In this document: positions 10,601-21,590 of the stretch, piece after piece
How positions within the stretch are numbered: position 1 is the first letter of the stretch
Layout: each line of letters begins with the position of its first letter
Origin: Gekko japonicus
Lineage: Eukaryota
Assembly: GCF_001447785.1 (NCBI RefSeq)
Contig: NW_015167529.1
Coordinates: 1,661,249 to 1,725,248 of the forward strand
DNA length: 64,000 bases
Reading direction: 5' to 3'
The notes under the pieces: model-generated
Databases searched by the model: none
What the model was told of the DNA's origin: nothing
The model's input: only the letters and a program-made list of their open reading frames with translations
Translations under genes and position numbers: made by a program

Positions 10601-13600
10601 CAATTCACGTTTTTCCTTTAAAGCCCTACATGGCTTGCGATGGGGGTATCTGAAGGACCATCTTTCTTCATATGGTCATGCCCAAGACTTAATATTGCAG
10701 GGAGATGCCCTCCTGACTGGCCCACCAATTAAAGACACTCATTTGATGGGTACATGAGAAAAGGCCTTTTCTGCGGTAGCCCCACAATTGTGGAACAAGC
10801 TCCCTGTTGAGGTACGGCTGGCCTCATCATTGTTGATCTTCAGGAGGAAGTTGAAGATAGTTTTTATTTAGGACGATATTTTAATTGATTTAATTTTTAT
10901 TATTAGCAATCCTAATTGGAGTTTTTAAAGTATGACTTCTGTGGGTTTTATAATAGTTGTTTTAATTGGTTTTTTAATAATATTTTATTTATAGTAAGCT
11001 GCCTCGAGTTCTGCAAGGAAGAAAGGCCAGTGTTTTAAATAAATAAATAATTAAAAGCTAGATTGGGTGGGTCTGAAGGGGAGAAGCAGGGAAAGATGAG
11101 ACTATGGGAGATGCCAGGAGGAGGGAAAGAAGAAATAGTGTGGGGAGAGGATTCAGGGGAAAGTGAAGTACCCCTGCAAATCCTTGAAGGTTCCCCACCA
11201 TATGACTGAGTCTGACTCAGCCAGCTCTGCACCACTTGGCCAGAGTCTTCCAGGGGAGAGAAGGAGGGAAAGCTGAAGATAGGGGGACAGACAAAAGTTG
11301 GTTGGGTGGTGGGTGGGAAGGAGAGAAGAAAGCAGAAAGAGAGGAGAGACTATAGACAAGATCATGGGGACTTTCAGAGAAGGAAATAGTGGGTGAAGGG
11401 GAATTGGATTCCCCCTGCTTGTCGTTATGGGTCCTTCACTTGTCATTATCCAATTCTGTAAATTTTCTTACATAAACGTTTTCATGCTACCTGAGTGTAT
11501 TAAGCTTTGTTATAAAAAGTACTTCACCCAATCCAAAAGAGAAAATATTTCATAGGTCTTTTTTCAGGTTCTCCAAAGTAAAATGGAGGAAAAGTCTGAT
11601 CCCCCCCCCCGCTTTTGCATCTCTGCTTTGTACAAATAGAAGCTGCTTTCACTTTTAAAGGGGTCTGTCTGTGACTGCTATAAATTTCATACTCAAGCTA
11701 CAGCTTGCCCACTTCCCTTCCATTGTAACCCATGTTATTCCTAAGAGTATGACCCTCAGAAGCAACTTCCTGGCTGTCACTGGAGGAAGTGGCTTCAGAA
11801 GAAAAAGGAGTGGTGGGAAATATACTTTCTGTGGGCAGAATCCCACTTGTGATTCCTTAACTACAACCCATTGTCCATAGTAATTCATTGTTGAGTTCTG
11901 CATGTGGTTAGTAGCACTTGTAAATGTATTAGGTTTGATTTCATCCTAGAGGTATCTGCATAATTTTAAAATTTAGTAGATGCAATTTCCATCTGTTCAT
12001 ATTGTTCTCTTAGGTTTTAGATGGCGCAGGATTAGATGTTGATTTTTACCTGATATCACCAAAAGGCGAAACTCTTGTTTTTGAACAGAGGAAATCAGAT
12101 GGAGTCCACACGTAAGTTTTAAAATGAGTATATTCAGACCTCTTTGTTAAATCATATTTAGTATGAATTGGGGATGGGGGGGATGCCAAGTGCCCACTGA
12201 ATGCTTGAATTCTACAGTCTGACTGTGTTATAAGAATTTTGAACATTACAATTCTTCTGTGTGCTGCTGTATAAAATAATACAAGCATTTCATGGGAAAG
12301 CTGTTTCTGCTTGTACATGAGGTTCTTTGGATCCCTGTTCACATTTAATGGCTGTTAGCCATGGTGATGAACAACAGACTCCATATTCAGAGGCAACAAA
12401 GCTGTAAATACCGGTGCTAGAAAACAGCATTGGTGCTATGCCCTGATCTTTGGCTTTCCAGGGCAGTTGGTTGGCTACTGCATGAAACAGGATGCTGCAT
12501 TAGATGGGCAACTGGTCTGATGCAGCATGGCTCTTATGTTCTTTTGATGCCTTGTCCTTCCTTCGAAGAGCTCACAATGTTCCTTCTTCAGTTTAATAGG
12601 CTTTTTCTGAACAGGGAACATTACTGTTTCGTAGTAGATTCTTGCAGAAAAGCTTATGGCTATTCTCACATAGAATTTATATGGCTGTACTAGTTAATAT
12701 AGAAAGTGTTTTAGAATCTCGAGCAAGATATCTTTGTAATCTAGTCCAACCCCCTGCTCAAATAGGTTATGGGGTTTTTTGTTTGCCCCCCAAAGGGGAT
12801 TTTTTTAAATTTGCATTTCTAAAATAACTACATAACTATAACGAAAGAAGGGGAGGGGAAAGACTACAGACTAAGGGAGACAGAGAAAAAGGCACTAAAA
12901 GTCCAAGTGTAGAAGGTTACATATGCTTATAGATACAAAGTTGTAACTCTTATCCATTAACTTCTGACATGAGGAGTTTCCTTGTTCATCGCTTCAAGTT
13001 AAAATCCAGCTTCTCTGTCTAGACAGAGAAGCTAATTAAGAAGTATAGAGACCTTAAAAGACATTGACATCTCCCATTGCGCTTCCCCTCCCTCCCCACA
13101 AACATGACGTTGTGGAGCCTAGATTTACTCAGTCCATACAGTCATCTCAATTTGTCCTCTTCCTTCTCTGTTGATTCTTCTTTCATAAACAGCTTTAATG
13201 AAACAGGCTCTGTCCAGTTAGTACTGCTTTCCTTTTCCAGAGCTTTCACTCGCTTATTATGGTACAAGAGTCCAATCACTTTTTAATCTGCTTGCCACCA
13301 TCCAATACAAGCTATACACAGTCTCAATTTCATCTATAAACCAAGATTCGCTGCTTCGTCTTCTAAACACTATCCCTTTAAAAGTCTCGCCACATTTAGA
13401 GCCGTTCCCATTGAATATCCCACTTTAGCCAGCAGATGGCACCCGATTCTATGCTGTAGGAAGAGTCTATGGTTAGGTCACCTGACCCTTGGAGGGTTGT
13501 TTACATTTACCGATTGAAGTTGCCAAAGTCTCAAAGGTCTGTAAATGCTTTTATTAGGAAATTTCTACTGTAATCCATTGCCACTGTTAGCTCAGTCCCC

Positions 13601-16600
13601 CACCGTCCCGCTTCGTTCATTCACTTGAGGGGGTAGGGCGTCCCCTCCCCCTTCCCACTTTAGTTTGTGGGGGCTTCGCAACAGGGCTCCGATGTTTCGC
13701 TTTAACTTAAACTCACTCATCTGTCTTCAAAAACGATCCAGCAGGTCTCCCTGGGATCTCGCTAGGCAGAGGAAAATCGCCAAACCTTCATACGCTTGTC
13801 CCGGTGGTCGCTTCAATACTGGGAATCAGGGCAGGACCTTCGGGGCAGAGAGCAGCCCCCATGCCGGCTGTTGGCCGGAGGTAGGGCTCTCCAAAGCCCC
13901 CTGGCTAGGAGTTCATTGCTTATGGACTCCATGGGGGAGCACGCACAATCACGCTCCCTCCTAATCCCCGATTCATGGCACACGTCTCTTGGAGGAGCCG
14001 AGAGACGCGGCCATCGTTGAGGCACCAAAAACCGGAAGTCCTCAAATAGGTTAGGTTGAGAGAGTGTGCAGAAAATTCTTGGACTTACAAATACAAATAC
14101 AATACCTTTATTGGCATAAAATATCAAATACACATGCAGCATATATCCTCAAGATAGGCTGGAGGGGTATCACATTCCGAATTGCCTTAAGATGAGCCTC
14201 TCCTCCTAGATACCTCATAAAAGAAATTTGGTACAGGTTCCAGAATTTCTATATTATGCGAAGACAATAAAGAACTAATTTTATGCTCATCAGATTGGCC
14301 CAAAAGGGGGTCCAACACAGGTTCAATATAAACAACACGGATGTCACAGTGGAATTTACAGTACAATAGCACATGTCCAATGGATTCGATTTCCCCCATC
14401 CCACAGGGGCACAATCTATCTTTATAGGGAATTTTCTTGAACCTTCCCGATAGAACAGCTGAGGGAAAGACATCGAACCACGCTCGCATGAAAGCCCTAT
14501 GAAGTTGGGGCTGAATCAGTCTAGCCAGGTATCCTGAGGAAATGTGGCTAAAAGAAAGTCCCATACTCAAGGGAGAGCAATGTCTGTGTGCAAGTCTTCT
14601 CAGATATTGCACCTCTATATCGAGGAGTCTTTGTTTGAGTAAGGCAAAAGCCTTCTGCTCAGACAAAAGTACCAAGTCATCAAAACTAAAGCCGATTATA
14701 GAATTTTTTTTCTCTATATTAATCAACCAAGTCGATAGATGGGATTCAGTTAACATGTGCACCACAAGACTGTTTGGGCCACATCTAATTCTTGGACTTC
14801 TCCCATGTGTTCCTTATGCAGCTTTATGCTTAGAAACCAATCAAAGGCTTCTATAGACCAGAGCATGGCTGATAACAACTCAGTTTTGGCTTAAACTTCA
14901 TTTCCATGCTAAAGCTAAAAGTATTATTACTCATATGCTGAGTCCCATCTCTCTCCATGGCTTAGATATGTAGAAGAGAAACTCTCTACAATGGGAATAT
15001 CCCCAGATTATTTAGCCCCCTTTTCAGATAAACAAGCCTATGCTATCATTAAACAAAGATTTCTCGACATCGAAAGGCAAGAATGTACGGAACGTGCAGC
15101 AGCCAGCAGATGCTCCCAAAGTAGGCTGGGGTCTTTTGGCATGGGGGGCAGATAATGGAGGCTGTTGCAAAATTCTTATATTATGCAATCAGAAGACGAG
15201 GCTTAAATAGCCAAGTGTAAGTGACTGGTGCATCTTAGTATTTTGTTGTATTTCCATGATGTTTTGTGCTTTCAGTGCCAATAAAGGTTGTGTGTGTGTG
15301 TGCAACTGGCCAAAGTCACACAGTGAGCTTTCAAGACAGAGTGGGTCTCCCAGATCCTAGGCAGACACTCTGACCCCTGCACCACATTGACTCTTCTGAC
15401 AGTTGTTGACATAGTCCTCCCTTGTATTAACTAGGCATGTTGTCAAAACTGATCATAATGATGAGACTGCTTTAACATGTAGGTTGTGATTTCCCCCCCT
15501 CCCCAATGTCTTGTGCTTGCAGAGTGGAGACAGTTGATGGTGACTACATGTTCTGCTTTGACAACACATTCAGCACCATTTCAGAGAAGGTGATTTTCTT
15601 TGAACTGATTTTAGATAATGCAGGAGAAGAAGATCAAGAAGACTGGAAGAAGTATGTTACTGGCACAGATCTTCTGGATATGAAACTAGAAGATATTTTG
15701 GTATGTATTCAGTCAGCCTTTACAATATTTGTGGACTGTGTGGTTGCTGTCACCAGGTCTCCTTTTTGCTGCTGCCATCTGGTCAGTATTGTCTGCTAAG
15801 CAGAACAGGGTGTAGAGTGGCAGCCCAGCTATCCCAAGTGGCCTCACGGAGATGGAAAAGAGGGGTGTATATATTTATTAAATATATACCATGTATTTCT
15901 ATCAGCAGCTGGAGGAAGCTAATAATCAAAACTGCATTAGGAATAGAAAAATACAGGGTTAATCTTTCCTTCTGCTGCTGGCAGCTGCTGACATAAGTGG
16001 CCATAATAGGAATGGCAAACTGTTCATTTCCCATACATCACTAGCAGGGATGATAAATAAAAAGGAGCCATAGCTATTTATGTGAATAACTGCTTCAGAT
16101 TCCTAGGCAATCACTTCTGGTTTCTGGGCTCAGTAGATTTTTCTAGCCTCTCTTCCAAATGTATTTGTGCACACAAGTATGTGGGGAGGATTTGTGGAAC
16201 ATTAAAGCAGAGCCTTGGAAAGACGGAACTGGAAAAGCATGGACACAAAATAAAGAATGCACTAGGTTCTTATGGTTAAGAATGCAGAGGTAAGGTTTGG
16301 CTCGAGGGCTAAGAATGCTGAATGACCACTCCCATTCACCACAGAAGATCTCCCGAGTCCTGTAAGAAAAACAGGTGGTTGAGAACGTATTGGACAGTCC
16401 TAAGAGTTTATAAATGACATGGGGTTTAGAATAAGAGTGGCATACAAAAGGTAAAAGAGCAGTTCCAGTTTCAAATGTGACACAGTACAGAAAGGAGAGT
16501 GCCCTCTTAGAATTAATTTGGATATAGACTCATTTGGAGCCAAGCACAAAGGCTGGTGGAAAAGGAGGATGGGATGGAGCTATACCCGACAACTTCTGAA

Positions 16601-16897
16601 AATACACAAATTCTTGTAGTGAAACTGTCATTTTTAAAAGATTTGTCGTGCTAAAATAAATATTTTGTTATTTACTAGGAATCTGTCAACAGTGTGAAGT
16701 CTAGGCTAAGCAAAAGCATTCATATCCAGACCCTCCTGAAAGCATTTGAAGCTCGTGATAGAAACATACAAGAAAGCAACTTCGATAGGGTAAACTTCTG
16801 GTCCATGGTCAACCTGGCAATAATGGTTATAGTGTCTGCTGTTCAGGTTTACATGCTGAAAAGTCTCTTTGAAGATAAAACGAAAACTAGAACTTAA
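4221..16897 (+). CDS. TMED5: Transmembrane emp24 domain-containing protein 5 (p24 gamma family), full gene; join(4221..4403,12014..12111,15523..15700,16679..16897), 225 aa
   Basis: Signal peptide + GOLD domain ([54 protein letters not shown]), coiled coil, TM helix and tail FEDKTKTRT; all introns GT-AG with compatible phases. Confidence 0.97.
5041..5290. repeat. 125-bp tandem duplication
   Basis: 5041-5165 versus 5166-5290, few mismatches. Confidence 0.9.
5265..5455 (-). mobile_element. Sauria SINE, 5'-truncated
   Basis: (ACCTTT)n tail on minus strand; near-identical to 52369-52590. Confidence 0.85.
6050..6246. mobile_element. SPIN/URR1-type hAT MITE
   Basis: Perfect 16-bp TIR CAGTGGTTCTCAACCT, perfect 8-bp TSD CTCTAGAC (6042-6049, 6247-6254). 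Confidence 0.92.
7950..8170 (+). mobile_element. tRNA-derived squamate SINE
   Basis: Degenerate A/B boxes, (TAAA)n tail. Confidence 0.75.
8229..9070. mobile_element. Non-autonomous hAT element
   Basis: TIRs about TAGGGATGGGCATGA; 8-bp TSD CACTGTAT/CATTGTAT. Confidence 0.75.
8252..8526 (-). mobile_element. Full-length tRNA-derived SINE with (CTT)n tail, nested in the hAT
   Basis: Reverse complement of the family at 20338-20610. Confidence 0.9.
8569..10201. repeat. About 820-bp tandem duplication
   Basis: 8569-9392 versus 9393-10201; highly similar, 19-bp indel. Confidence 0.93.
12014..12111 (+). CDS. TMED5: TMED5 coding exon 2
   Basis: acceptor tctcttag; [33 protein letters not shown]; donor CAC|GTAAGT. 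Confidence 0.96.
12770..14040 (-). mobile_element. Short L1-like non-LTR element with intact CpG-rich 5' end
   Basis: 13-bp TSD CTCAAATAGGTTA (12757-12769, 14041-14053); starts GACTTCCGG...ACGATGGCCGC; A-rich 3' end. Confidence 0.7.
14087..14786 (-). mobile_element. RTE-X-like LINE 3' fragment
   Basis: ORF 14187-14765 with [20 protein letters not shown] motif; AATAAA + (TATTG/TATTTG)n tail; 13-bp TSD AATTCTTGGACTT. Confidence 0.8.
14787..15302 (+). mobile_element. RTE-X-like LINE fragment (its 5' tip lies at about 14068-14086)
   Basis: [33 protein letters not shown]; AATAAA + (TG)n tail. Confidence 0.7.
15523..15700 (+). CDS. TMED5: TMED5 coding exon 3
   Basis: acceptor gcttgcag; [14 protein letters not shown]...MKLEDIL; donor TTG|GTATGT. 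Confidence 0.96.
16679..16897 (+). CDS. TMED5: TMED5 coding exon 4 (to stop)
   Basis: acceptor tttactag; [12 protein letters not shown]...[34 protein letters not shown]. Confidence 0.96.
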   Translation, partial: ESVNSVKSRLSKSIHIQTLLKAFEARDRNIQESNFDRVNFWSMVNLAIMVIVSAVQVYMLKSLFEDKTKTRT

Positions 16898-16917
16898 CAG
16901 CCTTGTGTGATAAGAGC

Positions 16918-16923
16918 AATAAA
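16918..16923 (+). terminator. Candidate proximal poly(A) signal of TMED5 (further AATAAA near 17137 and 17929)
   Basis: AATAAA about 20 nt after the stop codon; usage unknown. Confidence 0.35.
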
Positions 16924-19695
16924 CAGAGAAAATGCAATACACTGCTACAGAAAAGCCAATGAGTGTTATTTCCAGTTTGTTTTGAACAGGTGATACTTAG
17001 GTTTCACAAATGACTCTTCAATGTGGACAAAATGCCTTTCTTTTCTCTATCAACATAATTGCAATAGGTCAGTTTTCAGGTTTGTTTCATAAGTTTAATA
17101 ATTGTAAGAATCTCCTATGCCATCTGTATTGCACAAAATAAAGATTTTTTAGTATTTGCTATACCTGTAAATATATAATGTCTTAATCTGTCAGCCTAGC
17201 TACAAGTTTTTTAAATGTGGCAAATCTGGATATATGAAATTATGAACTGTGTATTCAGTATTTGAGTCTGCTTGACTTGGGAAACTCAGGTAAAAGAAAA
17301 TCTGCTGTAGGTGAACTATGCTGTTATTCTGGCAACAAGTTTCAGTGGGCATCAGTAGACACTCTTGTGGCTCAACTGTACTAAAAAGAAATTCAATAGA
17401 CAGGGGTATCTAAAAATTTCCAGATCCTAGGAATTTTTTGACTGTATATGAATGAAGTAGCTGTTTTAACTTCACTTTCATGTTCAATTACAGTGTAATA
17501 TTATAAGGTTGGGCTCCTTATAAGGGTTAAAGCAGGATGTCATTAGTGCAAAATCAACCACTAGAGTCCTGACTGGGATTGTTGAGCTAATATGCCAAAT
17601 TGGTATTTTTCTTGCAATGGATTCTTACAAGACTTCAGAATTGGTCTGAAGGTGAAACACAGTGAGATATTTGAACACAAGCAGTGAATACTCTATGTGA
17701 AGCTACAATGAGGCAAATAATGCCCCTGTGCTGTGGGTCTTGAGCTGAATTTGTTTCAGGTGTGAATGCAAACTTCACTTCCCTCTAGTCACATCTGGCA
17801 GTGACACAATCAGAAGCTGGTCTGGGAACCCAAACCCTGAAATGTGGCCAAATGTCCCATCCAGTTTGGCACTTTAAAACTAGTGTAGGAAGGTATACAT
17901 TTGATATGGCCATACTTTTTAGTTGTGAAATAAAAACAATTTTACTGTGTTGCACATTGGTAATTTAACTCAATAAGTGCCTGGGCAGACTTCAGCAATC
18001 TACTTTTAGTCATTGTTAGTAGTCTCAGTTGGGGGGACAACTTTAGTCTTCCTTCTCCAGTAGTCTTCCGTATTGATTAGCAGGAAACTCTGTTTCAGTA
18101 ACCAAATGCCATCTCTGTAGTATGTTTAAACCAGCATCACTATCTCTTCCTTAACTATTCACAAGGAATGCCTGGAGAACTGTAGTCCTAAAGCCCAAAC
18201 TAGCTGTGACTAAGATAAGCATGTATTGCTTTTCACACCAGTGAGACCACCAGTGAAATGAATCCTCACAAATTGCTACAAACTCAAATACAGATAGTTG
18301 AGAATGGGGAAAAAACGACTGGCCACTGGCTATTCTATGTATGAAAGAAAAATATGGGATGACAGTTACATGACATCTGTTTTTCCCCTGAACATGGTGA
18401 GAACTTCAGCATATAGCCCCACACAGTTACTACATATAGGGAGAAGAAAAAATGTCAGGACAGGTAATCTGTTTCCTTCGTTAAATAAATATTTTAGAGC
18501 AGCCATTCTTTGTGTGTGCATATGATTTGATAACTTGTTTGTAATTCGGTGTTGTGAGAAAGACCCATAAAGTCACAAATAATTCTTAAACCTTAACTTG
18601 AAGCCTGATTATATTTACTAGTTTTAAATATATATGTTTTAAATATATATTTAAATACTGCTTTCTTGTACTTTGTGTTTTCCTTTATTGTTATAACCCT
18701 AAAACAAGATCTTGTATTTTTAAAAAAGCACATATTGTCGTTCTAGCAATTAAAAATGAGCACAGATGCATTGCTTGCATTATCCTAAGAATGTACAAAA
18801 GGAAAGACTTGTTATGTGTATTCTGCCATATATACTTAAGGTCACAGCCTGATCTTTCTGGCTTTGACTGAAGTGAACCATCTCACCAAAATAATCCACA
18901 TGTTGATATTCCATTGGAAAAAGCGGTACACTACATGCTTCATTTCACATTTAGAATTTATCCTACAGGCATAACTGTGTTAATATCCCCAAATTACTCC
19001 TGATTGCACAAGATTGCAATCAGTCATCTTTTCTACTGATTTTCCTCATAAAAACCTTCTATATGAACTTCTTTAGAATAATTAGTCTCTTCCTTGTAGG
19101 CACACATTCTCCTGTTAGTATGGGGAAAGTAAAAATATCTCACTAGCAAAACTCTAGTTTTTAAAAATAAACTACTTACTTTGGATTCGCAAAAGTAACT
19201 CCTATAAATTTATTCCAATTTATTAGTGACATTTACCAAACACCCATGATCTACTCTAGGAAACACTTCAAATGTCAAAAAAGTTAGTGCCATAGTGTTT
19301 TTTTTTTATGGATTCTGGTCTTTATATACACAGTTGCCACTATTTTATGTTGTTGTTGGAACCCTCTGTGGATAGGATTATTTTCATGCATTGATTAATG
19401 GGCTAATTTTAAATGAGTAATAGCATATTGCTACATAGGTGTCAGATGTATGGTTCCAGGGATGTGATTTCTATGTGCAGTAGCCTACAAAATACTAAAG
19501 CATCTTAGAGCTGATGCATGCTTCCTCTCAGATAGTTTGCCATTTAAATTGTAAAACAAATGCTTAATAGCATCCATTGTAATTAAAAAGTGATGAGGAA
19601 GAAAGTCAGTCCTGCTTCTCTATTGTTATAGGGAACTCTAGCCATTTAAATATGTGCCATTTACAACTAGAGTATTGTAGTATTGCATTTAAATG

Positions 19696-20040
19696 GGAGA
19701 TAGATCCAAGTAGTCAGCCATGTTGGTCTGAAGCAGAACAAATTTAGAGTCCAGTGGCACCTTTAAGACCGACAAAGGTTTATATTCAAAGTATGAGCTT
19801 TCGTGTGCATGCACACTTTTTCAAATACAGTATAATGGGAGGTAGGGTTCAAACTTATAGATGGGTTATAAGATTTATTTTGACATTTATTGCTTTACAA
19901 CTGTTGACTTAATAACCTTACCTTGTTTGACCCTTACATCCCATTCCACTGTATTTGGAAAAGTGTGCATGCACATGAAAGCTCATACCTTGAATAAACC
20001 TTTGTTGGTCTTAAGGTGCCCCTGGACTCTAAATTTGTTC
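19696..20040. mobile_element. Penelope-like non-autonomous element with inverted pseudo-LTR arms
   Basis: Arms 19736-19854 / 19925-20040; flanking ATTTAAATG repeat; degenerate minimal hammerhead in each arm. Confidence 0.8.
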
Positions 20041-20337
20041 ATTTAAATGTGAGTTCACTCATAGCCTTTGTAGTATAGCATCAGATCAGGATCCAAGAGA
20101 TCCAGGTCAGTTCCCCATTCTACCATAAAGCCTGCTAGGTGACTGGCCTAAAACAGAAAATCAGAGCACAATGTATACCACCCCCAGCTCCTTAACACAA
20201 ATAAGTAATGTCTGAATATTTAAAACTGCTGTAACACAAGTTCATTGTACCTGAAAGCTGTGATTAAGCTCTGCTACTAAACTTTTTGCTGTAATATTTC
20301 TGGTTTGCATCAACTTTAAAAGGCTACACCAACTATA

Positions 20338-20610
20338 GACCCAGTTTGGTGTAGTGGTTAAGTGCGCGGACTCTAATTTGGGAGAACCGGGTTTGATTCC
20401 CCACTCCTCCACTTGCACCTGCTGGATGACCTTGGGTAAGCCATAGTTCTGTCAGAGCTGTTCTCTTGACAGTTCTGGAAAGAGCTCTCTCAGCCCCACC
20501 TACCTCACAGGGTGTCTGTTGTGGGGAGGGGAAGGGAAAGGAGTTTGTAAGCCGCTCTGAGACTCCAAGTGAAGGGCAGGGTATAAATCCAATCTCTTTT
20601 CTTCTTCTTC
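20338..20610 (+). mobile_element. Full-length tRNA-derived SINE (Squam3-like)
   Basis: A box TGGTGTAGTGG, B box GGTTTGATTCC, (CTT)n tail. Confidence 0.9.
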
Positions 20611-21384
20611 TATATAGCTCAGTACATTTATCAATTGTTGCCTATATTACTTACTTGCATCGAATGCTATCGCTGTGTTGGGAATAAGAGCTTGGATAAG
20701 TAAAAAATGTAAACAATTTTACTTAATGACATAGTAAATGACCACCTGTGGCTATGCAATTGAAAAATGTAGACTGAAGAAATCTTAGAACTGCTGTTAA
20801 GACAGCATGAACTCAGACCATTCTAATGTCTCATTTCAGAAGACCACATAACTCTGTTATTGTCTCATAGGCTCAGACGCTGAAGCATGGAGATTGCGTT
20901 TTCATTAGCCTACAATGCAAAAAAAAACCTTATTATACAGTTGCTGGAAGAAGTTGGAAATTGCAATGATGTTACAGGTGAAGTGTCACCATAGCCAGCT
21001 TCCCAGTTTAAAACCAGCTGTAGACATCTGATCAACTTATCTACCTAGGAGGCTACTATACAGAAGGGAGGTATACTCCAATTTAAAGTCTCATAGTACT
21101 TTAGGTCCTTAGTCTAATGCCCAGCTTCTATTGTTTGAAAATCAGAGGGATAGGGGTGTACACCAGGGAAGTCAAAGCATAGTATAATGAAACTTGCAAG
21201 CAGGAACACCAATGGTTAAGCTCTTTCAAATATGGAAAGGTGCCTGGAGTTCAAGTTCTTAGCAATGACATTAATATTTCTATTCCATATGGCAGCTGAC
21301 AGGTAGTAAATTAAACACGATTACATTTGAAAATAAAAATAATAAATTTAAATGTTAATGCCAACAGAGAAAGCCAGTAAGCAG

Positions 21385-21590
21385 CAGTATTCCCTCTAAG
21401 CTGAGTTAGTGTGAGCTAGCTCACAGTTTTTTAGCCTCCGGCTCACACATTTTTGTCTTCGCTCAGGAAGGATGGTTCCAGAGCAAACTTATTTATGCAG
21501 TAGCCAAAGCACTTGCTCACAATTTTAATGCCAATAGGTCACAAAGTAGAATTTCTGCTCACAAGACTCCACAGCTTAGAGGGAGCATTG
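21385..21590. mobile_element. hAT MITE
   Basis: TIR CAGTATTCCCTCTAAGCTG / CAGCTTAGAGGGAGCATTG; perfect 8-bp TSD GTAAGCAG. Confidence 0.88.

Larger units (their letters stand above)
8195..11050 (+). mobile_element. L2 LINE 3' part, interrupted by a hAT MITE, a SINE and a tandem duplication
   Basis: LGLTGTV|[31 protein letters not shown]; (TAAA)n tail. Confidence 0.85.

Noticed and set aside
20345-20412. tRNA gene
   Set aside because: Head of a multicopy SINE; no complete cloverleaf
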